64,000 nt of DNA from Eledone cirrhosa (taxonomy: Eukaryota), in assembly GCA_964016885.1 (NCBI GenBank), contig OZ024749.1, positions 8,742,001 through 8,806,000 on the forward strand, read 5' to 3'. Shown here piece after piece: positions 1-12,200 of this stretch (positions are counted from its first letter, which is position 1; every line of letters begins with the position of its first letter). The position numbers were made by a program, and so were the translations under genes. The notes below the pieces were generated by a model, which saw nothing but the letters and a program-made list of their open reading frames with translations, was not told the DNA's origin and ran no database searches.

Positions 1-899
1 AGAGGTGAATTAGCTTACAAATTTAGAAGGGCCCTAGATGAACATAAACTTAATATTAAGATAGTAGAAAGACAAGGTTCCTCCATAAAAACACTTATTA
101 GTAATACATACCCTTTTCAAAGACCTCCCTGTATAGATAAGAAATGCATAATCTGTAAACTAAGCCCCCATATTAACTGTAAAACTAGAAATGTAGTATA
201 TAGCATAAGATGTACTGAAGGACAATGTAGAGATAAAAATATAGTGTACATAGGTGAGACAGCTCGTAGTATAGGGGAACGGATAAATGAACACTGGCGA
301 GGCCTTCAAGATAGTAAAGAATCATCTGTACTCTACCAACATGCTAAAATAGAACATAAGGGTAAATTAGAGAACATAGAAATAAAAATAGAATCTACAC
401 ACAGAGAAGACGCAATGTTTAGACAAATCACAGAGGCAATAAACATAAAAGAACTTACAACCAAAATTAAATAGTAAACATGAATGGAATAGCAACATCA
501 CAACTTACAATTAAGGACAAAATGAAAACACACACATAGAACAAACAACCAACCGGTAACATGTAAATAAACAAATAAATAAACAAATATAAACACACAC
601 ACATCTGGATGTAACACATGCGGAAACTAAGCACGCAACACACACAAAAACAACATGGCGTAGGACAGAACAAAGGAGAGGCACAAAACAAAGAAAAGAA
701 TCCCCAGTCACTGAAGAGGTCACATAATGTGTGACGAAAGAACTTTGACAATATATAAACAACCGTCCGGTTATGGAACCAACCAACCAACCGGAAATTT
801 ATAAATTCTTAAATTTATAAATTTAATTTATAATAAATTGAAGTGAAAGCATGGTGCGCGTGTTTCTTACTGGCAACATGGCCCTCCCAAAGCATAACA

Positions 900-900
<1 letters not shown>
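1..900 (+). mobile_element. Penelope-like element 3' part: C-terminal GIY-YIG endonuclease, 3' UTR/pLTR with hammerhead, ending at a short (TA)n then (GA)n
   Basis: Frame 1 is open from base 1 to 474: ...C-x4-C-x2-C...NVVYSIRC...VYIGETARSIGERINEH...LYQHAKIEH...RQITEAINI. A frameshift near 460 restores a LNSKHEWN end. The terminus (657-900) recurs inverted at 44555-44801. Confidence 0.85.
707..749 (+). ncRNA. Minimal type I hammerhead ribozyme motif
   Basis: gtca-CTGAAGA-g-gtcaca(taatg)tgtgac-GAAA-gaac-TT/tgac. Confidence 0.7.
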
Positions 901-982
<82 letters not shown>

Positions 983-1002
983 ACAGAAAAAATAATAGTA
1001 AT

Positions 1003-1207
1003 AATAGTCTGTGATTTAGGCACAAGGCCAGCAATTTGGGGGAGGGAAAAGTCGATTATATCAACCCCAGTGCATTACTGGTTCTTTATTTTGTCGACTC
1101 CGTAAGGATGAAAGGTAAAGTCAACCTCGGCGGGATTTGAATTCACATTGTAAAAGGGTCGTAACTCCATGCTGCCTATCATGGCGTCTGACACTCTACC
1201 GTTGCTA
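1003..1207 (-). mobile_element. tRNA-derived SINE (main family in this window)
   Basis: Reverse complement matches the copies at 7200-7592, including a B-box-like (g)ttcaaatccc and the gcctttcatccttacggggtcgataaaataaagtaccag core. Confidence 0.8.
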
Positions 1208-1229
1208 GGTGAGACGACTTAATTGGTCT

Positions 1230-2525
1230 CAGATCAGACCCTGATCTCAAGGCTTCAATATATCGAATATGATTCTGGCAGTGCCACTGATGGTAGAAGT
1301 TAGGCAGTTCCACTGATGGTAGAAGTTAGGCATTGCCACTGATGGTAGAAGTTAGGCATTGCCACTGATGGTAGAAGTTAGGCAGTGCCACTGATGGCAG
1401 AAGTTAGACATTGCCACTGATGGTAGAAGTTAGGCATTGCCACTGATGGTAGAAGTTAGGCAGTGCCACTGATGGTAGAAGTTAGGCATTGTCACTGATG
1501 GTAGAAGTTAGGCATTGCCACTGATGGTAGAAGTTAGGCAGTGCCACTGATGGTAGAAGTTAGGCAGTGGCACTGATGGTAGAAGTTAGGCAGTGCCACT
1601 GATGGTAGAAGTTAGGCAATGGCACTGATGGTAGAAGTTAGGCAGTGCCACTGATGGTAGAAGTTAGGCAGTGCCACTGGTGGTAGAAGTTAGGCAGTGC
1701 CACTGATGGTAGAAGTTAGGCAGTGGCACTGATGGTAGAAGTTAGGCAGTGCCACTGATGGTAGAAGTTAGGCAGTGGCACTGATGGTAGAAGTTAGGCA
1801 CTGCCTATGTAGTCGGGTATCCCAAAGCTTTTGATGGAAGACGTAGGATGTTTATGGACCGTGGCTGGTGCACCAATGATGATTGGTACCATTTCTATCC
1901 CTACATGGTGATCAGTTCTAATAGCGCCTGGAAGGGCTGCATACTTATTGATCTTTTCCATTTCCCTTTCAGTGACGGTATGATCTTGAGGGATCGCAAT
2001 AGCAATTCGCGTCCATTTTAGGGTGGCGGGTGTGTGGGGGGGGGGTGCAACAATATCAGGGTGGGTGGGTTGTGTTGGACTTTATGGTCTTGATCTCAAG
2101 GTCCCAAAATAACTCTACTCCGTCACCTGATAAGCCAGATTCAACAGAGTATTTACGCAACACTAACATTGTATTGCAATGCTGTATTTTTTGCACAACT
2201 CACAATGGAGTCTTTCTGCTATCAGATCATGTCTGATTTGATGTCGTCTTTCTGCCAATTACTCACATCCACTAGCAGTATGTGCTACATATTCCTCTGA
2301 TTTATTACATACCCTGCAAAATAGGAAGTAATATTGTCCATCGATATTAACTCTCACCCAATTGGTTCTGAGTACCAGGTCTTGTGTAGCAGTAATAATT
2401 GCCTCAGTTCTCTTCTTAACCCAACCTGACCTAAACCAAGATCGAGGGTCAGCTATGTATTTAATGGCGGCTAGAAATTTGCCATGAAAAGCAATTTCTT
2501 CAATAAAAATAATGATTTCTACTGC
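1230..2525 (-). mobile_element. Degenerate 3' fragment of an R4/Dong-type RLE non-LTR retrotransposon
   Basis: Minus strand reads FHGKFL...TEAIITATQDLVLRTNW...CRVCNKSEEYVAHTASGC (CCHC), RHD, FWDLEIKT, PDIV, IAIPQD..EREMEKINKY, VPIIIGA, then ...SGTARII. Contains stops and frameshifts. Confidence 0.8.
1277..1805. repeat. 26-bp minisatellite (~20 copies) inside the RLE LINE coding remnant
   Basis: Unit gtgccactgatggtagaagttaggca. Confidence 0.95.
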
Positions 2526-2604
2526 AGGAACTCGGCCAGCAATTTGGGGGGAGGGAAAGTCGATTAAATTGACGCCAGTGCGTGCCTGGTACTTTATTGT
2601 ATCA

Positions 2605-3127
2605 GGTGGTGGTGGTGGTGTTGGTTGTTGAGCTACAGCTGGTGATGGTGCTGGTGATGGTGGTGCTTGTGCTGGTGATGGTGGTAGTATGTTGTGGTGC
2701 TGTTGGTGGTGGTAGTGGTGATGGTGGTGGTTGTGCTGGTGATGGTGGTAGTATGTTGTGGTGCTGTTGGTGGTGGTAGTGGTGATGGTGGTGGTTGTGC
2801 TGGTGATGGTGGTAGTATGTTGTGGTGCTGTTGGTGGGGTTGGTGGTGGTGGTGGTGGTGGTGGTGGTAGTGGCATGTTGTCGTTTTGGTGGTGGGCGTG
2901 GTGGTGGTGGTATGTTGTGGTGGTTGTGGTGGTTGTGGTGGTGATGTGTTGTGGTGATGCTGGTGATGGTGGTGGTGGTGATATGCTGTGGTGGTGGAGG
3001 TGATATGCTGTGGTGGTGGAGGTGGTATGCTGTGGTGGTGGAGGTGGTATGCTGTGGTGGTGGAGGTGGTATGCTGTGGTGGTGGAGGTGGTATGCTGTG
3101 GTGGTGGAGGTGGTATGCTGTGGTGGT
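2605..3127. repeat. Degenerate (GGT)-rich low-complexity/minisatellite tract
   Basis: (ggt)n with sub-units such as ggtggtatgctgtggtggtgga. Confidence 0.9.
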
Positions 3128-3282
3128 TACCATAATATGTTCTGGTTACGACAAAATAAAATATCAATTATATATAAATGTCAACTAATAAATTCGATTT
3201 CACTTCTCAAAAGAGAGAAAAAGAATTAGACGACATAAGAATCAAAAAATAAGAAACCTTGAATAAACTAACAAAACATTTA

Positions 3283-6200
3283 TGGTTGTTGTTGGTGGTG
3301 GTGGTGTTGTTGTTGGTGTTGTTGTTGGTGGTGGTGGTGTTGTTGTTGGTGTTGTTGTTGTTGTTGGTGGTGGTGTTGTTGTTGGTGTTGGTGGTGGTGT
3401 TGTTGGTGTTGTTGTTGTTGGTGGTGGTGTTGTTGTTGGTGTTGTTGTTGGTGGTGGTGGTGTTGTTGTTGGTGTTGTTGTTGTTGTTGGTGGTGGTGTT
3501 GTTGTTGGTGTTGGTGGTGGTGTTGTTGGTGTTGTTGTTGTTGTTGGTGGTGGTGTTGTTGTTGGTGTTGGTGGTGGTGTTGTTGGTGTTGTTGTTGTTG
3601 GTGGTGGTGTTGTTGTTGGTGTTGTTGTTGTTGGTGGTGGTGTTGTTGTTGTTGGTGTTGGTGGTGGTGTTGTTGTTGGTGTTGTTGTTGGTGGTGGTGG
3701 TGTTGTTGTTGGTGTTGTTGTTGTTGTTGGTGGTGGTGTTGTTGTTGGTGTTGGTGGTGGTGTTGTTGGTGTTGTTGTTGTTGGTGGTGGTGTTGTTGTT
3801 GGTGTTGTTGTTGGTGGTGGTGGTGTTGTTGTTGGTGTTGTTGTTGTTGTTGGTGGTGGTGTTGTTGTTGGTGTTGGTGGTGGTGTTGTTGGTGTTGTTG
3901 TTGTTGTTGGTGGTGGTGTTGTTGTTGGTGTTGGTGGTGGTGTTGTTGGTGTTGTTGTTGTTGGTGGTGGTGTTGTTGTTGGTGTTGTTGTTGTTGGTGG
4001 TGGTGTTGTTGTTGTTGGTGTTGGTGGTGGTGTTGTTGTTGGTGTTGTTGTTGTTGGTGGTGGTGTTGTTGTTGGTGTTGTTGTTGGTGGTGGTGGTGTT
4101 GTTGTTGGTGTTGTTGTTGTTGGTGTTGTTGTTGTTGGTGGTGGTGTTGTTGTTGTTGGTGTTGGTGGTGGTGTTGTTGGTGTTGTTGTTGTTGGTGGTG
4201 GTGTTGTTGTTGTTGGTGTTGTTGTTGGTGGTGGTGGTGTTGTTGTTGGTGTTGTTGTTGGTGGTGGTGGTGTTGTTGTTGGTGTTGTTGTTGGTGGTGG
4301 TAGTGTTGTTGTTGGTGTTGTTGTTGGTGGTGGTGGTGTTGTTGTTGGTGTTGTTGTTGTTGTTGGTGGTGGTGTTGTTGTTGGTGTTGGTGGTGGTGTT
4401 GTTGGTGTTGTTGTTGTTGGTGGTGGTGTTGTTGTTGGTGTTGTTGTTGTTGGTGGTGGTGTTGTTGTTGTTGGTGTTGGTGGTGGTGTTGTTGGTGTTG
4501 TTGTTGTTGGTGGTGGTGTTGTTGTTGGTGTTGTTGTTGGTGGTGGTGGTGCTGTTGTTGGTGTTGTTGTTGTTGGTGGTGGTGTTGTTGTTGGTGTTGT
4601 TGTTGTTGGTGGTGGTGTTGTTGTTGTTGGTGTTGGTGGTGGTGTTGTTGGTGTTGTTGTTGTTGGTGGTGGTGTTGTTGTTGTTGGTGTTGTTGTTGGT
4701 GGTGGTGTTGTTGTTGTTGGTGTTGTTGTTGGTGGTGGTGGTGTTGTTGTTGGTGTTGTTGTTGTTGGTGGTGGTGTTGTTGTTGGTGTTGTTGTTGGTG
4801 GTGGTGGTGTTGTTGTTGGTGTTGTTGTTGGTGGTGGTGGTGGTGTTGTTGGTGGTGGTGGTGTTGTTGTTGGTGTTGTTGTTGTTGTTGGTGGTGGTGT
4901 TGTTGTTGGTGTTGTTGTTGGTGGTGGTGGTGGTGTTGTTGCTGTTGTTGGTGTTGTTGTTGGTGGTGGTGGTGTTGTTGTTGGTGTTGTTGTTGTTGGT
5001 GGTGGTGTTGTTGTTGTTGGTGTTGTTGTTGTTGGTGGTGGTGTTGTTGTTGGTGTTGTTGTTGTTGGTGGTGGTGGTGTTGTTGTTGGTGTTGTTGTTG
5101 TTGTTGGTGGTGGTGTTGTTGTTGGTGTTGTTGTTGGTGGTGGTGTTGTTGTTGGTGTTGTTGTTGGTGGTGGTGGTGTTGTTGTTGGTGTTGTTGTTGT
5201 TGGTGGTGGTGGTGGTGTTGTTGCTGTTGTTGGTGTTGTTGTTGGTGGTGGTGTTGTTGTTGGTGTTGTTGTTGGTGGTGGTGGTGGTGTTGTTGCTGGT
5301 GTTGTTGTTGGTGGTGGTAGTGTTGTTGTTGGTGTTGTTGTTGTTGTTGGTGGTGGTGTTGTTGGTGTTGTTGTTGGTGGTGGTGGTGGTGTTGTTGGTG
5401 GTGGTGGTGTTGTTGTTGGTGTTGTTGTTGTTGTTGGTGGTGGTGTTGTTGTTGGTGTTGTTGTTGTTGGTGGTGGTGGTGTTGTTGTTGGTGTTGTTGT
5501 TGTTGGTGGTGGTGTTGTTGTTGGTGTTGTTGTTGGTGGTGGTGGTGTTGTTGTTGGTGTTGTTGTTGGTGGTGGTGGTGGTGTTGTTGGTGGTGGTGGT
5601 GTTGTTGTTGGTGTTGTTGTTGTTGTTGGTGGTGGTGTTGTTGTTGGTGTTGTTGTTGGTGGTGGTGGTGGTGTTGTTGCTGTTGTTGGTGTTGTTGTTG
5701 GTGGTGGTGGTGTTGTTGTTGGTGTTGTTGTTGTTGGTGGTGGTGTTGTTGTTGTTGGTGTTGTTGTTGTTGGTGGTGGTGTTGTTGTTGGTGTTGTTGT
5801 TGTTGGTGGTGGTGGTGTTGTTGTTGGTGTTGTTGTTGTTGTTGGTGGTGGTGTTGTTGTTGGTGTTGTTGTTGGTGGTGGTGTTGTTGTTGGTGTTGTT
5901 GTTGGTGGTGGTGGTGTTGTTGTTGGTGTTGTTGTTGTTGGTGGTGGTGGTGTTGTTGTTGGTGTTGTTGTTGGTGGTGGTGGTGGTGTTGTTGCTGTTG
6001 TTGGTGTTGTTGTTGGTGGTGGTGTTGTTGTTGGTGTTGTTGTTGGTGGTGGTGGTGGTGTTGTTGCTGGTGTTGTTGTTGGTGGTGGTAGTGTTGTTGT
6101 TGGTGTTGTTGTTGTTGTTGGTGGTGGTGTTGTTGGTGTTGTTGTTGGTGGTGGTGGTGGTGTTGTTGGTGGTGGTGGTGTTGTTGTTGGTGTTGTTGTT

Positions 6201-6489
6201 GTTGTTGGTGGTGGTGTTGTTGTTGGTGTTGTTGTTGTTGGTGGTGGTGGTGTTGTTGTTGGTGTTGTTGTTGTTGTTGTTGGTGGTGGTGTTGTTGTTG
6301 GTGTTGTTGTTGGTGGTGGTGGTGGTGTTGTTGCTGGTGTTGTTGTTGGTGGTGGTAGTGTTGTTGTTGGTGTTGTTGTTGTTGTTGGTGGTGGTGTTGT
6401 TGTTGGTGTTGTTGTTGGTGGTGGTGGTGGTGTTGTTGTTGGTGTTGTTGTTGGTGGTGGTGGTGGTGTTGTTGCTGTTGTTGGTGTTG
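3283..6489. repeat. 3.2-kb compound (GTT)n/(GGT)n trinucleotide array with higher-order blocks
   Basis: Almost only gtt/ggt triplets. Rare gct and agt variants recur in the same order. Confidence 0.95.
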
Positions 6490-6834
6490 AATTCAAATCC
6501 CACCGAGGTCAACTTTCCTTTTCCTCCTTTCGAGGTCGATATACAAAAGTACCAGTCTAGTACTGGGGTCGATTTTTCCTCTATATCATCCCCTCCCGTC
6601 TCTCTCTCTCTATCTATCTTTCTCTTGAAAAAATCTGCTGTACTCAGACATGGAGAGGGATGGATTCCGCCAGGCTTAAAATACCCAAGAAACGTTGTAT
6701 GTCAATATGGCGTCGTTACGACTTTCTCAAGAGTTACAGGACTTCACACATACAATACAAATATGATTCCATATACAAACAACCCTACTGTGAAATACGT
6801 CTGTCTCTGGGTTATTGTTTTGTTGTTAATAATA

Positions 6835-7592
6835 CGGAGGATTGGCAGTATCGGTAGAGGGTCAGATACCATGCTTTGCAGCATAGAGTTACGGCCCTTT
6901 ACGGTCTGAGTTCAAATCCCGCTGAGGTTAACTTTGCCTTATGGGGGTCGATAAAATAAGATACCAGTAATGCACTGCATGGTTTAATTACTGACCTTGT
7001 GCCAAAAGTAGAAACAGTTTTTAATAAACTTGATACGATTTTAAGTGGAAAAGTTCCTGTACCTAACCCACTCAATATTTACGTCATAGAAGTTACTGTT
7101 GTTATTGTTGTTGTTGTTAATGTTGTTGTTGTTATTGTTGTTGTTGCTGTTGTTGTTGTTGCTGTTGTTGTTATTGTTGTTGTTGCTGTTGTTGTTGTAG
7201 GCGGTGGATTGGCACTATCGGTAGAGGGTCGGACGCCATGCTTTGTAGCACAGAGTTACGGCCCTTTATGGTCTGAGTTCAAATCCCGCCGAGGTTAACT
7301 TTGCCTTTCATCCTTACGGGGTCGATAAAATAAAGTACCAGTAATACACTGGACAATGGCTGGCCTTGTGCCAAAAGTAGAAACAATTATTATAATATAG
7401 GGCGGTGGATTGGCAGTATCGGTGGGGGGTCGGACGCCATGCTTTGCAGCAAAGAGTTTACGGCCCTTTATGGTCTGAGTTCAAATCCCGCCGAGGTTAA
7501 CTTTGCCTTTCATCCTTACGGGGTCGATAAAATAAAGTACCAGTAATACACTGGAGTAATTGCTGGCCTTGTGCCTAAAGTAGAAACAATTA
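6835..7592 (+). mobile_element. Three tRNA-derived SINE copies (6835-7018, 7200-7390, 7400-7592); a further fragment lies at 6489-6600
   Basis: ggcggtggattggcagtatcggtagag (A-box-like)...gagttcaaatcccgcc (B-box-like)...gccttgtgccaaaagtagaaacaatt. Confidence 0.85.
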
Positions 7593-7866
7593 TAGTTGTT
7601 ACTGCTGTTGTTGTTGTTGTTAATAGCGCTGTTGTAATTATTGTTGTTACAGATGTCAACATTGTTGTTGTTGTTGTTGTCGTTGTTGTCGTTGTTTAAT
7701 TATTTAGTTATAAAATCTGAAGCCATACCAGTGTCCAGTGAAAAAAGACTAAGATTTCTTTAAAGATATCAATAAAAGTTAAACCTTACAACATCTCCAA
7801 AACTTCAGTGACATTTTTATAACATTTCCGTCTGGCTTTTGGTGACGTGTTTACTTATTTATCTAG

Positions 7867-8600
7867 TTAATTGTTGTTGCTGCTGTTGTTGTTGTTGTAG
7901 CTAATGTTGTTGTTGTTGTTGTGGTTGTTGTTGTTGCTGTTGTTGTTGTTGTTGTTGTTGTTGTTGCTGTTGTTGTTGTTGCTGTTGTTGTTGTGGTTGT
8001 TGTTGCTGACATTGTTGCTGTCGTTGCTGTTGTTGTTGTTGTTGTTGTTGTTATCTTGTTTGTATTGTGTTTGTGTTTTGTTTTTGATATTTTTTCTTGT
8101 TTCTTTCGTTGTTGTTCTTTTCAACCTTTTGATATTCAAAACGAAAAATGAAAACAAATACAATATGGCGGTTATCAACAGTATCAACGTCATCGTTATC
8201 GTCATCATTATTATTATCTCCATTATCTCCATTATCTCCATTGTCTCCATTGTCATTGCTATCATCAACATCGTCATCCCCACCATCATCTAGTCATCAT
8301 CATCATCGTCATCCCCATCATCCCTATCATCATCATCATCATTATCATCATCATCGTCGTCATCATTATCACCTCCATTTTCATTATTATAATCGGCGTT
8401 ACTATCATCTACGTCATCACCATCCTCATCATCGTCATTGTCATCATCATCACCATCATTGTCGTTCTCACCCTCAGCGATACCATCATATTCACCACCT
8501 ACGCCTTCACCATCATCATCATCACCATCATCACTACCTCTATCATCATCATGACCATCGCCATTATCACCACCATCAACATCATCATCACCATCAATAA
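7867..8600. repeat. (GTT)n followed by degenerate (CAT)n microsatellites
   Basis: Direct inspection. Confidence 0.9.
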
Positions 8601-8925
8601 CATGTATCCGTTTCCTTGTTTGTTTTTGTTGTAGAATTGTTCAAAACTACTTCTTGTTGCTGTTGTATTTGCCGTTGTTGTTGATGATCATGTCGTGCGG
8701 CCCTTCTTATGATGAGCCACATCCTATGCGGCCCCCTGCTTTAAAGATTTTGCCTATGTCTGATGTAGTATTTGCCTTTTTTTTTTGTTGTGCTTTTGTT
8801 TTTGCCTTTGTTTGTGGTGTTATTGTTTAAGCGGTAGTGTGTGTTTTGAGGGAGATGAGGTTAGAATTTCTAGCAGGTCAATCGACCGTGTAGAGGCTCC
8901 ATCACTGGACCACATTTACATGTTT

Positions 8926-9240
8926 CTTCTTCTTCCCCCACTATTACTGAGAGGGCCGTGGAAGCAGAGTTCCCAAACTCTCCTTTCAGTAGGTCCTGTC
9001 AGAAGCAGCCGCCTCCACCCTATGCGGTTGGATCCCCAAGCGTGACCAGCCAAGCTCATGGATGTTATCCAACCCTCTTGCTGCGGGTTTACCCCCCGGT
9101 GCTCTGGCCGGTTAATTTTGCCCGTAAAATCTGTCCCGCGATTCTTTCCTCAGACATTCTAACCACAAGTCCATAATATCGGAGCTGTGATCTCTGAATT
9201 CAGAGAAGTAGCAGCTCTACCTGGAGTGACTCTCTCATCT
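8926..9240 (-). mobile_element. 3' end of an RTE-clade (Expander-like) LINE, 5'-truncated and degenerate
   Basis: Minus strand: RESLQVELLLL*IQRSQLRYYGLVVRMSEERIAGQILRAKLTGQSTGGKPAARGLDNIHELGWSRLGIQPHRVEAAASDRTY*KESLGTLLPRPSQ*, then a short (GAA)n tail. Resembles the RTE C-terminus (QLRW.GH..RM...R; GRP..RW; LLPPRP). Confidence 0.8.
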
Positions 9241-12200
9241 AGGATCTACAAATCTCTGCAGTGATTCTTTCCTCAGACATTCTAACCACAAGTCCATAAT
9301 ATCGGAGCTGTGATCTCTGAATTCAGAGAAGTAGCAGCTCTACCTGGAGTGACTCTCTCATCTAGGATCTACAAATCTCTGCAGTGATTCTTTCCTCAGA
9401 CATTCTAACCACAAGTCCATAATATCGGAGCTGTGATCTCTGAATTCAGAGAAGTAGCAGCTCTACCTGGAGTGACTCTCTCATCTAGGATCTACAAATC
9501 TCTGCAGTGATTCTTTCCTCAGACATTCTAACCACATGTCCATAATATCGGAGCTGTGATCTCTGAATTCAGAGAAGTAGCAGCTCCACCTGGAGTAACT
9601 CTCTCATCTACGATCTACAAATCTCTGCAGTGATTCTTTCCTCAGACATTCTAACCACATGTCCATAATATCGGAGCTGTGATCTCTGAATTCAGAGAAG
9701 TTCAGCTCCACCTGGAGTGACTCTCTCATCTACGATCTACAAATCTCTGCAGTGATTCTTTCCTCAGACATTCTAACCACATGTCCATAATATCGGAGCT
9801 GTGATCTCTGAATTCAGAGAAGTTCAGCTCCACCTGGAGTGACTCTCTCATCTACGATCTACAAATCTCTGCAGTGATTCTTTCCTCAGACATTCTAACC
9901 ACATGTCCATAATATCGGAGCTGTGATCTCTGAATTCAGAGAAGTTCAGCTCCACCTGGAGTGACTCTCTCATCTACGATCTACAAATCTCAGCAGTGAT
10001 TCTTTCCTCAGACATTCTAACCACATGTCCATAATATCGGAGCTGTGATCTCTGAATTCAGAGAAGTAGCAGCTCTACCTGGAGTGACTCTCTCATCTAG
10101 GATCTACAAATCTCTGCAGTGATTCTTTCCTCAGACATTCTAACCACATGTCCATAATATCGGAGCTGTGATCTCTGAATTCAGAGAAGTAGCAGCTCCA
10201 CCTGGAGTAACTCTCTCATCTACGATCTACAAATCTCTGCAGTGATTCTTTCCTCAGACATTCTAACCACATGTCCATAATATCGGAGCTGTGATCTCTG
10301 AATTCAGAGAAGTAGCAGCTCCACCTGGAGTGACTCTCTCATCTACGATCTACAAATCTCTGCAGTGATTCTTTCTTCAGACATTCTAACCACATGTCCA
10401 TAATATCGGAGCTGTGATCCCTGAATTCAGAGAAGTAGCAGCACCACTTGGAGTGACTCTCTCATCTACGATCTACAAATCTCTGCAGTGATTCTTTCCT
10501 CAGACATTCTAACCACAAGTCCATAATATTGGAGCTGTGATCTCTGAATTCAGAGAAGTAGCAGCTCCACCTGGAGTGACTCTCTCATCTACGATCTACA
10601 AATCTCTGCAGTGATTCTTTCCTCAGACATTCTAACCACATGTCCATAATATCGGAGCTGTGATCTCTGAATTCAGAGAAGTAGCAGCTCCACCTGGAGT
10701 GACTCTCTCATCTACGATCTACAAATCTCTGCAGTGATTCTTTCCTCAGACATTCTAACCACATGTCCATAATATCGGAGCTGTGATCTCTGAATTCAGA
10801 GAAGTTCAGCTCCACCTGGAGTGACTCTCTCATCTACGATCTACAAATCTCTGCAGTGATTCTTTCCTCAGACATTCTAACCACATGTCCATAATATCGG
10901 AGCTGTGATCTCTGAATTCAGAGAAGTAGCAGCTCTACCTGGAGTGACTCTCTCATCTAGGATCTACAAATCTCTGCAGTGATTCTTTCCTCAGACATTC
11001 TAACCACATGTCCATAATATCGGAGCTGTGATCTCTGAATTCAGAGAAGTAGCAGCTCCACCTGGAGTAACTCTCTCATCTACGATCTACAAATCTCTGC
11101 AGTGATTCTTTCCTCAGACATTCTAACCACATGTCCATAATATCGGAGCTGTGATCTCTGAATTCAGAGAAGTTCAGCTCCACCTGGAGTGACTCTCTCA
11201 TCTACGATCGACAAATCTCTGCAGTGATTCTTTCCTCAGACATTCTAACCACATGTCCATAATATCGGAGCTGTGATCTCTGAATTCAGAGAAGTTCAGC
11301 TCCACCTGGAGTGACTCTCTCATCTACGATCTACAAATCTCTGCAGTGATTCTTTCCTCAGACATTCTAACCACATGTCCATAATATCGGAGCTGTGATC
11401 TCTGAATTCAGAGAAGTTCAGCTCCACCTGGAGTGACTCTCTCATCTACGATCTACAAATCTCTGCAGTGATTCTTTCCTCAGACATTCTAAACACATGT
11501 CCATAATATCGGAGCTGTGATCTCTGAATTCAGAGAAGTTCAGCTCCACCTGGAGTGACTCTCTCATCTACGATCTACAAATCTCTGCAGTGATTCTTTC
11601 CTCAGACATTCTAACCACATGTCCATAATATCGGAGCTGTGATCTCTGAATTCAGAGAAGTAGCAGCTCCACCTGGAGTAACTCTCTCATCTACGATCTA
11701 CAAATCTCTGCAGTGATTCTTTCCTCAGACATTCTAACCACATGTCCATAATATCGGAGCTGTGATCTCTGAATTCAGAGAAGTTCAGCTCCACCTGCAG
11801 TGACTCTCTCATCTACGATCTACAAATCTCTGCAGTGATTCTTTCCTCAGACATTCTAACCACATGTCCATAATATCGGAGCTGTGATCTCTGAATTCAG
11901 AGAAGTTCAGCTCCACCTGGAGTGACTCTCTCATCTACGATCTACAAATCTCTGCAGTGATTCTTTCCTCAGACATTCTAACCACATGTCCATAATATCG
12001 GAGCTGTGATCTCTGAATTCAGAGAAGTTCAGCTCCACCTGGAGTGACTCTCTCATCTACGATCTACAAATCTCTGCAGTGATTCTTTCCTCAGACATTC
12101 TAACCACATGTCCATAATATCGGAGCTGTGATCTCTGAATTCAGAGAAGTTCAGCTCCACCTGGAGTGACTCTCTCATCTACGATCTACAAATCTCTGCA

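Noticed and set aside
3207-6909. Four ORFs of more than 1000 aa (mucin-like, Asn/Thr-rich, Val/Leu-rich)
   Set aside because: GTT/GGT repeats lack stops in most frames on both strands. The minus-strand starts lie in a SINE fragment, and there is no signal peptide or splice evidence.
7200-7292. tRNA genes
   Set aside because: The A/B boxes belong to SINE heads, with no complete cloverleaf.
8695-8762. hAT-like terminus (tgcggccc...tttgcctatgtctg)
   Set aside because: No partner TIR or TSD found.
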